NCBI GenBank assembly: GCA_030704615.1
Contig: CM060732.1
Location: 13,888,001-13,952,000 of the forward strand
Reading direction: 5' to 3'
DNA length: 64,000 bases
From: Takakia lepidozioides
Lineage: Eukaryota > Plantae > Bryophyta
Under the pieces are notes generated by a model. That model worked only from the letters and a program-made list of their open reading frames with translations. It was not told the origin of the DNA and searched no databases. Below are positions 50,735 through 64,000 of the stretch, piece after piece. How positions within the stretch are numbered: the stretch's first letter is position 1; every line of letters starts with the position of its first letter. Position numbers and translations under genes: made by a program.

Positions 50735-53700
50735 CGGCGCCGAATTTCCATCCGAGGCCCGTTGGATGAAGTCGTCTCGGGGGGAGAGGCCGACACCTGG
50801 CCGACAGAGAACATCCCCCGGATGGAAAAACGGCGCCGAATTTCCATCCGAGGCCCGTTGGATGAAGTCGTCTCGGGGGGAGAGGCCGACACCTGACCGA
50901 CTGAGATCATCCCCCGGATAGAAATTCGGCGCCGAATTTCCATCCGAGGCCCGTTGGATGAAGTCGTCTCGGGGGGAGAGGCCGACACCTGGCCGACAGA
51001 GAACATCCCCCGGATGGAAATTTGGCGCCGAATTTCCATCCGAGGCCCGTTGGATGAAGTCGTCTCGGGGGGAGAGGCCGACACCTGGCCCACAGAGAAT
51101 ATCCCCCGGATGGAAATTCGGCGCCGAATTTCCATCCGAGGCCCGTTGGATGAAGTCGTCTCGGGGGGAGACGCCGACACATGGCCGACAGAGAACATCC
51201 CTCGGATGGAAAAACAACGCCGAATTTCCATCGGAGGCCCGTTGGATGAAGTCGTATCGGGGGGAGACGCCGAGACCTGGCCAACAGCGAACATCCCCCG
51301 GATGGAAAAACGGCGCCGAATTTCCATCCGAGGCACATTGGATGAAGTCGTCTCGGGGGGAGAGGCCGACACCTGGCCGACTGAGATCATCCACCGGATG
51401 GAAATTCGGCGCCGAATTTCCATCCGAGGCCCGTGGGATGAAGTCGTCTCGGGGGGAGACGCCGACACATGGCCGACAGAGAACATCCCCCGGATGCAAA
51501 AACGTCGCCGAATTTCCGTCCGCGGCCCGTTGGATGAAGTCGTCTCGGGGGGAGACGCTGACACCTGGCCGACAGAGAACATCCCCCGGATGGAAATTCG
51601 GCGCCGAATTTCCATCCGAGGCCCCTTGGATGATGTCGTCTCGGGGGGAGAGGTCGACACCTGGCCGACTGAGAACATCCCCCGGATGGAAATTCGGCGT
51701 CGAATTTCCATCCGAGGCCCGTTGGATGAAGTCGTCTCGGGGGGAGAGGCCGACACCTGGCGAGCAGAGACCATCCCCCGGATGGAAAAACGGCGCCGAA
51801 TTTCCATTCGAGGCCTGTTGGATGAAGTCGTCTCGGGGTCAGAGGCCGACACTTGGCCGACTGAGATCATCCCCCGGATGGAAATTCAGCGCCGAATTTC
51901 CATCCGAGGCCCGTTGGATGAAGTCGTCTCGGGGGGAGGCACCGACACATGGCCGACAGGGGACATCCCCCGGATGGAAAAACGGCGCCGAATTTCAATT
52001 TGAGGCGGGTTGGATGAAGTCGTCTCGGGGGGAGACGCCGACACCTGGCCGACAGAGAACATCCCCCGGATGGAAATTCGGCGCCGAATTTCCATCCGAG
52101 GCCCGTTGGATGAAGTCGTCTCGGGGGGAGAGGCCGACACCTGGCCGACAGAGAACATCCCCGGATGGAAATTGGCGCCGAATTTCCATCCGAGGCCCGT
52201 TGGATGAAGTCGTCTCGGGGGGAGAGGCCGACACCTGGCCCACAGAGAATATCCCCCGGATGGAAATTCGGCGCCGAATTTCCATCCGAGGCCTGTTGGA
52301 TGAAGTCGTCTCGGGGGGAGACGCCGACACATGGCCGACAGAGAACATCCCCCGGATGGAAAAACAACGCCGAATTTCCATCGGAGGCCCGTTGGATGAA
52401 GTCGTATCGGGGGGAGACGCCGAGACTCCATGGCCGACAGAGAACATCCCCCGGATGGAAAAACGGCGCCGAATTTCCATCGGAGGCCCGTTGGATGAAG
52501 TCGTCTCGGGGAGGCCGAAGGCCGACACACTCCCCCCCCCGGATGGAAAAACGGCGCCGAATTTCCATCCGAGGCCCGTTGGATGAAGTCGTCTCGGGGG
52601 AGAGGCCGACACCTGGCCACGAGATCATCCCCCGGATGGAAATTCAGAATTTCCATCCGAGGCCCGTTGGATGAAGTCGTCTCGGGGGGAGACGCCGACA
52701 CCTGGCCGACAGAGAACATCCCCCGGATGAAAAACGGCGCCGAATTTCCATCCGAGGCCCGTTGGATGAAGTCGTCTCGGGGGAGAGGCCGACACCTGGC
52801 CGACTGAGAATCATCCCCCGGATGGAAAATTCGGCGCCGAATTTTCCATCCGAGGCCGTTGGATGAAGTCGTCTCGGGGGGAGAGGCCGACACTGGCCGA
52901 CAGAACATCCCCGGATGGAAAAACGGCGCCGAATTTCCATCCGAGCCCGTTGGATGAAGTCGTCTCGGGGGGAGACGCTGACACTGGCCGACAGAGAACA
53001 TCCCCGGATGGAAATTCGGCGCCGAATTTCCATCCGAGGCCCGATGAAGTCGTCTCGGGGAGAGCCGACATGGCCAGAACCCCCCGGATCGCCGAATTTC
53101 CATCCGAGGCCCGTTGGATGAAGTCGTCTCGGGGGGAGAGCCGACACCTGGCGACAGAGACATCCCCCGGATGGAAAACCGGGGTTGGATGAAGTCGTCT
53201 CGGGGAGAGGCCGGCCGATCATCCCCGGATCCGAATTTCCGAGGATGAAGTCGTCTCGGGGGAGACCGACAGTCGTCTCTTGGCCGACAAAGAACATCCC
53301 CCAGATGGAAGAAGCCGAATTTCCGTTGGAGAAGTCGTCTCGGGTGAGAGGCCGACACCTGGCCGACTGAGATCATCCCCGGATGGAAATTCGGCGCCGA
53401 ATTTCCATCCGAGGCCCGTTGGATGAAGTCGTCTCGGGGGAGACGCCGACACATGGCCGACAGAGGACATCCCCCGGATGGAAAAACGGAACCGAATTTC
53501 CATCCGAGGCCCGTTGGATGAAGTCGTCTCCGGGGGAGACGCCGACACCTGGCCGACAGAGAACATCCCCCGGATGGAAAAACGGCGCCGAATTTCCATC
53601 CGAGGCCCGTTGGATGAAGTCGTCTCGGGGTGAGAGGCCGACACCTGGCCGACTGAGATCATCCCCCGAATGGAAATTCGGCACCGAATTTCCATCCGAG

Positions 53701-56700
53701 GCCCGTTGGATGAAGTCGTCTCGGGGGGAGACGCCGACACCTAGCCGACAAAGAATATCCCCTGGATGGGAAAACAGCACCGAATTTCCATTTGAGGCCT
53801 GTTGGATGAAGTCGTCTCGGGGTGAGAGGCCGACACCTGGCCGACTGAGATCATCCCCCGGATGGAAATTCGGTGCCGAATTTCCATCCGAGGCCCGTTG
53901 GATGAAGTCGTCTCGGGGGGAGACGCCCACACATGGCCGACAGAGAACATCCCCGGATGGAAAAACGGCGCCGAATTTCCATCCGAGGCCCGTTGGATGA
54001 AGTCGTCTCGGGGGAGAGGATGACACCTGGCCGACTGAGAACATCGCCCGGAAGGAAATTCGGCGCCGAATTTCCATCCGAGGCCCGTTGGATGAAGTCG
54101 TCTCGGGGGAGACGCCGACGCATGGCCGACAGAGAATATCCCCCGGATGGAAAAACGACGCCGAATTTGCATCGGAGGCCCGTTGGATGAAGTCGTCTCA
54201 GGGGGAGACGCCGACACCTGGCCGACAAAGAACATCGGCCTCTCACCCGAGACGACTTCATCCAACGGCCCCCGGATGGAAAAACGGCGCCGAATTTCCA
54301 TCCGAGGCCCGTTGGATGAAGTCGTCTCGGGGTGAGAGGCCGACACCTGGCCAACTGAGATCATCCCCCGGATGGAAATTCAGTGTCGAATTTCCATCCA
54401 AGGCCCGTTGGATGAAGTCGTCTCGGGGGGAGACGCCGACACATGGCCGACAGAGAACATCCCCCGGATGGAAAAACGGCGCCGAATTTCCATCCGACGC
54501 CTGTGGGATGAAGTTGTCTCGGGGTCAGAGGCCGACACCTGGCCGACTGAGATCATCCCCCGGATGGAAATTCGGCGCCGAATTTCAATCCGAGGCCTGT
54601 TGGATGAAGTCGTCTCGGGGGGAGACGCCGACACATGGCCGACAGAGAACATCCCCCGGATGGAAAAACGGCGCCGAATTTCCATATGAGCCCCCTTGGA
54701 TGAAGTCGTCTCGGGGGGAGACGCTGACACGTGGCCGACAGAGAACATCCCCTGGATGGAAAAACAACGCCGAATTTCCATCCGCGGCCCGTTGGATGAA
54801 GTCGTCTCGGGGTGAGAGACCGACACCTGGCCGATAGAGAACATCCCCCGGATGGAAAAACGACGCGGAATTTCCATCCGAGGCCCGTTGGATGAAGTCG
54901 TCTCGGGGGGAGAGGCCGACACCTGGCCGACTGAGATCATCCCCCGGATGGAAAAACGACGCCCAATTTCCATCCGAGGCCCGTTGGATGAAGTCGTCTC
55001 GGGGAGAGACGCCGACACCTAGCCGATAAAGAACATCCCCTGGATGAAAAAACGGCACCGAATTTCCATTTGAGGCCCGTTGCATGAAGTCGTCTCGGGG
55101 TGAGAGGCCGACACCTGGCTGACTGAGATCATCCCCCGGATGGAAATTCGGCACCGAATTTTCATCCGAGGCCCGTTCGATGAAGTCGTCTCGGGGGAGA
55201 CGCCCACACATGGCCGACAGAGAACATCCCCCGGATGGAAAAACGGCGCCGAATTTCCATCCGAGGCCCGTTGGATGAAGTCGTCTCGGGGGGAGAGGCC
55301 GACACCTGGCCGACACTGAGAACATCGCCCGGATGGAAATTCGGCGCCGAATTTCCATCCGAGGCCCGTTGGATGAAGTCGTCTCGGGGGGAGACGCCGA
55401 CGCATGGCCGACAGAGAATATCCCCCGGATGGAAAACGACGCCGAATTTGCATCGGAGGCCCGTTGGATGAAGTCGTCTCAGGGGGAGACGCCGACACCT
55501 GGCCGACAGAGAACATCCCCCGGATGGAAAAACGGCGGCGAATTTCCATCCGAGGCCCGTTGGATGAAGTCGTCTCGGGGTGAGAGGCCGACACCTGGCC
55601 GACTGAGATCATCCCCCGGATGGAAATTCAGTGTCGAATTTGCATCGGAGGCCCGTTGGATGAAGTCGTCTCGGGGGAGACGCCGACACATGGCCGACAG
55701 AGAACATCCCCCGGATGGAAAAACGGCGCCGAATTTCCATCCGACGCCCGTTGGATGAAGTCGTCTTGGGGGGACGCCGACACCTGGCCGACAGAGAACA
55801 TCCCCCAGATGGAAAAAACGGCGCCGAATTTCCATCCGAGGCCCGTTGGATGAAGTCGTCTCGGGTGGAGAGGCCGACACCTGGCCGACTGAGATCATCC
55901 CCCGGATGGAAATTCGGCGCCAATTTTCCATCCGAGGCCGGCGGATGAAGTCGTCTCGGGGGGAGAGGTCGACTTCTGGCCGACAAAGAACATCCCCGGA
56001 TGGAAAAACGGCGCCGAATTTCCATATGAGGCCCTTGATGAAGTCGTCTCGGGGGAGACGCTGACACGTGGCCGACAGAGAACATCCCTTGGATGGAAAA
56101 ACGGCGCCGAATTTCCATCCGCGGCTCGTTGGATGAAGTCGTCTCGGGGGGAGACGCCCACACATGGCCGACAGAGAACATCCCCCGGATGGAAAAACGG
56201 CGCCGAATTTCCATCCGACGCCCGTTGGATGAAGTCGTCTTGGGGGGGGCCGCCGACACCTGGCCGACAGAAAACATCCCCCGGATGGAAAAACGGCGCC
56301 GAATTTCCATCCGAGGCCCGTTGGATGAAGTCGTCTCGGTGGAGAGGCCGACACCTGGCCGACTGAGATCATCCCCCGGATGGGAAATTCGGCGCCAATT
56401 TTCCATCCGAGCCGGCCGGATGAAGTCGTCTCGGGGGGAGTGGTCGACTTCTGGCCGACAAAGAACATCCCCCGGATGGAAAAACGGCGCCGAATTTCCA
56501 TATGAGGCCCCTTGGATGAAGTCGTCTCGGGGGGAGACGCTGACACGTGGCCGACAGAGAACATCCCTTGGATGGAAAAACGGCGCCAAATTTCCATCCG
56601 CGGCCCGTTGGATGAAGTCGTCTCGGGGTGAGAGGCCGACACCTGGCCGACAGAGAACATCCCCCGGATGGAAAAACGACGCGGAATTCCCATCCGAGGC

Positions 56701-59700
56701 CCGTTGGATGAAGACGTCTCGGGGGGAGAGGCCGACACCTGGCCGACTGAGATCATCCCCCGGATGGAAAAATGACGCCCAATTTCCATCCGAGGCCCGT
56801 TGGATGAAGTCGTCTCGGGGGGAGACGCCGACACCTCGCCGACAAAGAACATCCCCTGGATGGGAAAACGGCGCGAATTTCCATTTGAGGCCCGTTGGAT
56901 GAAGTCGTCTTGGGGTGAGAGGCCGACACCTGGCCGACTGAGATCATCCCCCGGATGGAAATTCGGCACCGAATTTCCATCCGAGGCCCGTTGGATGAAG
57001 TCGTCTCGGGGGAGACGCCCCACACATGGCCGACAGAGAATATCCCCCGGATGGAAAAACGACGCCGAATTTGCATCGGAGGCCCGTTGGATGAAGTCGT
57101 CTCAGGGGGAGAGGCCGACACCTGGCCGACAGAGAACATCCCCCGGGTGGAAAAACGGCGGCGAATTTCCATCCGAGGCCCGTTGGATGAAGTCGTCTCG
57201 GGGTGAGAGGCCGACACCTGGCCGACTGAGATCATCCCCCGGATGGAAATTCAGTGTCGAATTTCCATCCGAGGCCCGTTGGATGAAGTCGTCTCGGGGG
57301 GAGACGCCGACACATGGCCGACAGAGAACATCCCCCGGATGGAAAAACGGCGCCGAATTTCCATCCGACGCCCGTTGGATGAAGTCGTCTCGGGGAGAGG
57401 CCGACACCTGGCCGACTGAGATCATCCCCCGGATGGAAATTCGGCGCCGAATTTCCATCCGAGGCCTGTTGGATGAAGTCGTCTCGGGGGAGACGCCGAC
57501 ACATGGCCGACAGAGAACATCCCCCGGATGGAAAAACGGCGCCGAATTTCCATATGAGGCCTGTTGGATGAAGTCGTCTTGGGGGGGGACGCCGACACCT
57601 GGCCGACAGAGAACATCCCCCAGATGGAAAAACGGCGCCGAATTTCCATCCGAGGCCCGTTGGATGAAGTCGTCTCGGGGGAGAGGCCGACACCTGGCCG
57701 ACTGAGATCATCCCCCGGATGGAAATTCGGCGCCAATTTCCATCCGAGCCGGCCGGATGAAGTCGTCTCGGGGGAGAGGTCGACTGGCCGACAAAGAACA
57801 TCCCCGGATGGAAAAACGGCGCCGAATTTCCATATGAGGCCCCTTGGATGAAGTCGTCTCGGGGGGAGACGGACACGGCCGACAGAGAACATCCCATGGA
57901 AAAACGGCGCCGAATTTCCATCCGCGGCCCGTTGGATGAAGTCGTCTCGGGGGGAGACGCCGACAATGGCCGACAGAGAACATCCCCCGGATGGAAAAAC
58001 GGCGCCGAATTTCCATCCGACGCCCGTTGGATGAAGTCGTCTTGGGGGGACGCCGACACCTGGCCGACAGAAAACATCCCCCGGATGGAAAAACGGCGCC
58101 GAATTTCCATCCGAGGCCCGTTGGATGAAGTCGTCTCGGGGGGAGAGGCCGACACCTGGCCGACTGAGATCATCCCCCGGATGGAAATTCGGCGCCAATT
58201 TCCATCCGAGCCGGCCGGATGAAGTCGTCTCGGGGGAGAGGTCGACTTCTGGCCGACAAAGAACATCCCCCGGATGGAAAAAACGGCGCCGAATTTCCAT
58301 ATGAGGCCCCTTGGATGAAGTCGTCTCGGGGGGAGACGCTGACACTGGCCGACAGAGAACATCCCTTGGATGAAAAAACGGCGCCAATTTCCATCCGCGG
58401 CCCGTTGGATGAAGTCGTCTCGGGGAGAGGCCGACACCTGGCCGACAGAGAACATCCCCCGGATGGAAAAACGACGCGAATTCCCATCCGAGGCCCGTTG
58501 GATGAAGTCGTCTCGGAGGGAGAGGCCGACACCTGGCCGACTGAGATCATCCCCGGATGGAAAATGACGCCCAATTTCCATCCGAGGCCCGTTGGATGAA
58601 GTCGTCTCGGGGGGAGACGCCGACACCTCGCCGACAAAAACATCCCCTGGATGGGAAAACGGGGCGGAATTTCCATTTGAGGCCCGTTGGATGAAGTCGT
58701 CTTGGGGTGAGAGGCCGACACCTGGCCGACTGAGATCATCCCCCGGATGGAAATTCGGCCGAATTTCCATCCGAGGCCCGTTGGATGAAGTCGTCTCGGG
58801 GGAGACGCCCACACATGGCCGACAGAGAATATCCCCCGGATGGAAAAACGACGCCGAATTTGCATCGGAGGCCCGTTGATGAAGTCGTCTCAGGGGAGAC
58901 GCCGACACCTGGCCGACAGAGAACATCCCCCGGATGGAAAAACGGCGCCGAATTTCCATCCGACGCCCGTTGGATGAAGTCGTCTCGGGGTCAGAGGCCG
59001 ACACCTGGCCGACTGAGATCATCCCCCGGATGGAAATTCGGCGCCGAATTTCCATCCGAGGCCGTTGGATGACGTCGTCTCGGGGGGAGACGCCGACACA
59101 TGGCCGACAGAGAACATCCCCCGGATGGAAAAACGGCGCCGAATTTCCACATGAGGCCTGTTGGATGAAGTCGTCTCGGGGGGAGACGCCGACACATGGC
59201 CGACAGAGAACATGCCCCGGATGGAAAAACGGCGCCGAATTTCCATGAGGCCCTTGGATGAAGTCGTCTCGGGGGGAGACACACGTGGCCGACAGAGAAC
59301 ATCCCCTGGATGGAAAAACGGTGCCGAATTTCCATCCGCGGCCCGTTGGATGAAGTCGTCTCGGGGTGAGAGGCCGACACCTGGCCGACAGAGAACATCC
59401 CCCGGATGGAAAAACGACGCGAATTCCATCCGAGGCCCGTTGGATGAAGTCGTCTCGGGGGAGAGGCCGACACCTGGCCGACTGAGATCATCCCCCGGAT
59501 GGAAAAACGACGCCAATTTCCAACGAGGCCCGTTGGATGAAGTCGTCTCGGGGGGAGACGCCGACACCTAGCCGACAAAGAACATCCCCTGGATGGGAAA
59601 ACGGCGCCGAATTTCCATTTGAGGCCCGTTGGATGAAGTCGTCTCGGGGTGAGAGGCCGACACCTGGCCGACTTAGATCATCCCCCGGATGGAAATTCGG

Positions 59701-62700
59701 CACCGAATTTCCATCCGAGGCCCGTTGGATGAAGTCGTCTCGGGGGAGACGCCCACACATGGCCGACAGAGAACATCCCCCGGATGGAAAAACGGCGCCG
59801 AATTTCCATTTGAGGCCCGTTGGATGAAGTCGTCTCGGGGGAGAGGCCGACACCTGGCCGACTGAGAACATCGCCCGGATGGAAATTCGGCGCCGAATTT
59901 CCATCCGAGGCCCGTTGGATGAAGTCGTCTCGGGGGGAGACGCCGACGCATGGCCGACAGAGAATATCCCCCGGATGGAAAAACGACGCCGAATTTGCAT
60001 CGGAGGCCCGTTGGATGAAGTCGTCTCAGGGGGAGACGCCGACACCTGGCCGACAGAGAACATCCCCCGGATGGAAAAAACGGCGGCGAATTTCCATCCG
60101 AGGCCCGTTGGATGAAGTCGTCTCGGGGTGAGAGGCCGACACCTGGCCGACTGAGATCATCCCCCGGATGGAAATTCAGTGTCGAATTTTGCATCGAGGC
60201 CCGTTGGATGAAGTCGTCTCGGGGGGAGACGCCGACACATGGCCGACAGAGAACATCCCCCGGATGGAAAAACGGCGCCGAATTTCCATCCGACGCCCGT
60301 TGGATGAAGTCGTCTCGGGGTCAGAGGCCGACACCTGGCCGACTGAGATCATCCCCCGGATGGAAATTCGGCGCCGAATTTCCATCCGAGGCCTGTTGGA
60401 TGAAGTCGTCTCGGGGGGAGACGCCGACACATGGCCGACAGAGAACATCCCCCAGATGGAAAAACGGCGCCGAATTTCCATATGAGGCCCGTTGGATGAA
60501 GTCGTCTCGGGGGAGACGATGGCCAACAGAGAACATCCCCGGATGGAAAAACGGCGCCGAATTTCCATATGAGGCCCCTTGGATGAAGTCGTCTCGGGGG
60601 GAGACGCTGACACGTGGCCGACAGAGAACATCCCCTGGATGGAAAAACGGCGCCGAATTTCCATCCGCGGCCCGTTGGATGAAGTCGTCTCGGGGTGAGA
60701 GGCCGACACCTGGCCGACAGAGAACATCCCCCGGATGGAAAAACGACGCGGAATTCCCATCCGAGGCCCGTTGGATGAAGTCGTCTCGGGGGGAGAGGCC
60801 GACACCTGGCCGACTGAGATCATCCCCCGGATGGAAAAACGACGCCCAATTTCCATCCGAGGCCCGTTGGATGAAGTCGTCTCGGGGGGAGACGCCGACA
60901 CCTAGCCGACAAAGAACATCCCCTGGATGGGAAAACGGCGCCGAATTTCCATTTGAGGCCCGTTGGATGAAGTCGTCTTGGGTGAGAGGCCGACACCTGG
61001 CCGACTGAGATCATCCCCCGGATGGAAATTCGGCGCCGAATTTCCATCCGAGGCCCGTTGGATGAAGTCGTCTCGGGGGGAGACGCCGACGCATGGCCGA
61101 CAGAGAATATCCCCCGGATGGAAAAACGACGCCGAATTTGCATCAGAGGCCCGTTGGATGAAGTCGTCTCAGGGGGAGACGCCGACACCTGGCCGACAGA
61201 GAACATCCCCCGGATGGAAAAACGGCGGCGAATTTCCATCCGAGGCCCGTTGGATGAAGTCGTCTCGGGGTGAGAGGCCGACACCTGGCCGACTGAGATC
61301 ATCCCCCGGATGGAAATTCAGTGTCGAATTTGCATCGGAGGCCCTGATGAAGTCGTCTCGGGGGGAGACGCCGACACATGGCCGACAGAGAACATCCCCC
61401 GGATGGAAAAACGGCGCCGAATTTCCATCCGACGCCCGTTGGATGAAGTCGTTTGGGGGGGGGACGCCGACACCTGGCCGACAGAGAACATCCCCCAGAT
61501 GGAAAAACGGCGCCGAATTTCCATCCGAGGCCCGTTGGATGAAGTCGTCTCGGGTGGAGAGGCCGACACCTGGCCGACTGAGATCATCCCCCGGATGGAA
61601 ATTCGGCGCCAATTTTCCATCCGAGCCGGCCGGATGAAGTCGTCTCGGGGGAGAGGTCGACTTCTGGCCGACAAAGAACATCCCCGGATGGAAAAACGGC
61701 GCCGAATTTCCATATGAGGCCCCTTGGATGAAGTCGTCTCGGGGGGAGACGCTGACACGTGGCCGACAGAGAACATCCCTTGGATGGAAAAACGGCGCCG
61801 AATTTCCATCCGCGGCCCGTTGGATGAAGTCGTCTCGGGGGAGACGCCACACATGGCCGACAGAGAACATCCCCCGGATGGAAAAACGGCGCCGAATTTC
61901 CATCCGACGCCCGTTGGATGAAGTCGTCTTGGGGGGGGACGCCGACACCTGGCCGACAGAGAACATCCCCCGGATGGAAAAACGGCGCCGAATTTCCATC
62001 CGAGGCCCGTTGGATGAAGTCGTCTCGGGTGGAGAGGCCGACACCTGGCCGACTGAGATCATCCCCGGATGGAAATTCGCGCCAATTTTCCATCCGAGCC
62101 GGCCGGATGAAGTCGTCTCGGGGGGAGAGGTCGACTTCTGGCCGACAAAGAACATCCCCCGGATGGAAAAACGGCAGCCGAATTCCATATGAGCCCTTGG
62201 AAAGTCGTCTCGGGGGAGACCTGACACGTGGCGACAGAGAACATCCCTTGGATGGAAAAACGGCGCCGATTTCCATCCGCGGCCCTTTGATGAAGTCGTC
62301 TCGGGGTGAGAGCCGACACCTGGCCGACAGCGAACATCCCCCGGATGGAAAACGACGCGGAATTCATCCGAGGCCCGTTGGATGAAGTCTCTCGGGGGGA
62401 GAGGCCGAACCTGGCCGACTGAGATCATCCCCGGATGGAAAAACGACGCCCAATTTCCATCCGAGGCCCGTTGGATGAAGTTCGTCTCGGGGGAGACGCC
62501 GACACCTCGCCGACAAGAACATCCCCCTGGATGGAAAACGGCGCCGAATTTCCATTTGAGGCCCGTTGGATGAAGTCGTCTTGGGGTGAGAGGCCGACAC
62601 CTGGCCGACTGAGATCATCCCCCGGATGGGAATTCGGCACCGAATTTCCATCCGAGGCCCGTTGGATAAGTCGTCTCGGGGGAACGCCCACACATGCCCG

Positions 62701-64000
62701 ACAGAGAATATCCCCGGATGGAAAAACGACGCCGAATTTGCATCGGAGGGCCCGTTGGATGAAGTCGTCTCAGGGGGAGACCCGACACCTGGCCGACAAG
62801 AACATCCCCCGGATGGAAAACGGCGGCGAATTCCATCCCGAGGCCCGTGGATGAAGTCGTCTCGGGGTGAGAGGCCCGACACCTGGCCGACTGAGATCAT
62901 CCCCCGATGGAATTCATTGTCGAATTTCCATCGCGAGGCCCGTTGGATGAAGTCGTCTCGGGGGAGACGCCGACACATGGCCGACAGAGAACATCCCCCG
63001 GATGGAAAAAACGGCGCCGAATTTTCCATCCGAGCCCGTTGGATGAAGTCCGTCTCGGGGGGCCGACACCTGGCCGACGACATCCCCGATGGAAATTCGG
63101 CGCCGAATTTCCATCCGAGATGAAGTCGTCTCGGGGGGAGACGCCGACACATGGCCGACAGAGAACGGAATGAGAAAGATTTGGAAAAACGGCGCGAATT
63201 TCCGTATGAGGCCCCTTGGATGAAGTCGTCTCGGGGGGAGACGCTGACACGTGGCCGACAGAGAACATCCCCTGGATGGAAAAACGGTGCCGAATTTCCA
63301 TCCGCGCCCGTTGGATGAAGTCGTCTCGGGGTGAGAGGCCGACACCTGGCCGACAGAGAACATCCCCCGGATGGAAAACGACGCGGAATTCCCATCCGAG
63401 GCCCGTTGGATGAAGTCGTCTCGGGGGGAGAGGCCGACACCTGGCCGACTGAGATCATCCCCGGATGGAAAAACGATGCCCAATTTCCATCCGAGGCCCG
63501 TTGGATGAAGTCGTCTCGGGGGGAGACGCCGGCACCTCCGACAAAGAACATCCCCTGGATGGGAAAACGGCGCCGAATTTCCATTTGAGGCCCGTTGGAT
63601 GAAGTCGTCTGGGGTGAGAGGCCGACACCTGGCCCTGAGATCATCCCCCGGATGGAAAATTCGGCACCGAATTTCCATCCGAGGCCCGTTGGATGAAGTC
63701 GTCTCGGGGGGAGACGCCCACACATGGCCGACAGAGAACATCCCCCGGATGGAAAAAGGCGCCGAATTTCCATCCGAGGCCCGTTTGGATGAAGTCGTCT
63801 CGGGGGGAGAGGCCGACACCTGGCCGACTGAGAACATCGCCCGGATGGAAATTCGGCGCCGAATTTCCATCCGAGGCCCGTTGGATGAAGTCGTCTCGGG
63901 GGAGACGCCGACGCATGGCCGACAGAGAATATCCCCCGGATGGAAAAACGACGCCGAATTTGCATCGGAGGCCCGTTGGATGAAGTCGTCTCAGGGGGAG
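50735..64000. repeat. 96-bp GC-rich tandem satellite, ~138 copies, running off the window
   Basis: Monomer CGGCGCCGAATTTCCATCCGAGGCCCGTTGGATGAAGTCGTCTCGGGGGGAGAGGCCGACACCTGGCCGACAGAGAACATCCCCCGGATGGAAAAA at 50735, 50831, 50927 and onward. The 32-aa periodicity in the ORF track agrees. Confidence 0.98.

Noticed and set aside
50470-63983. Long repetitive ORFs in the satellite
   Set aside because: 96 is divisible by 3 and the GC-rich monomer lacks stops in most frames. ORFs occur on both strands and switch frame freely.
50735-64000. CRISPR array (palindromic repeats at a regular period)
   Set aside because: The sequence between palindromes is itself repeated, with no unique spacers. There are no cas genes and the context is eukaryotic.

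Overview
Eukaryotic genomic DNA from a land plant, most likely a seed-free plant such as a bryophyte (inferred from gene and TE content; not verifiable here). Four zones. (1) 1-13.3 kb: a cluster of Ty3/Gypsy chromovirus fragments (Galadriel-like; ~1.6-kb LTR, Met-tRNA PBS, chromodomain integrase) plus an L1-like LINE. (2) ~13.3-26.5 kb: an ordinary gene island with a spliced 2OG-Fe(II) oxygenase-like gene, a STIG1-domain gene and an intact hAT-type MITE with an 8-bp TSD. (3) 26.5-50.7 kb: old repeats, a second Ty3 family, a decayed intron-containing DDD transposase (Sola-like) and a second chromovirus cluster. (4) 50,735-64,000: a GC-rich 96-bp tandem satellite whose monomer carries a 32-bp palindrome. 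The main observation is that no chromovirus copy is intact. Closely similar copies are cut into ~0.3-5 kb pieces and rejoined locally in shuffled order and orientation. Several breakpoints are reciprocal (both ends lie within a few kb, only ~5-15 bp lost, 0-6 bp microhomology), while the neighbouring genes and MITE are collinear. This resembles repeat-focused shattering and re-ligation, but an assembly or library chimera cannot be excluded from sequence alone.
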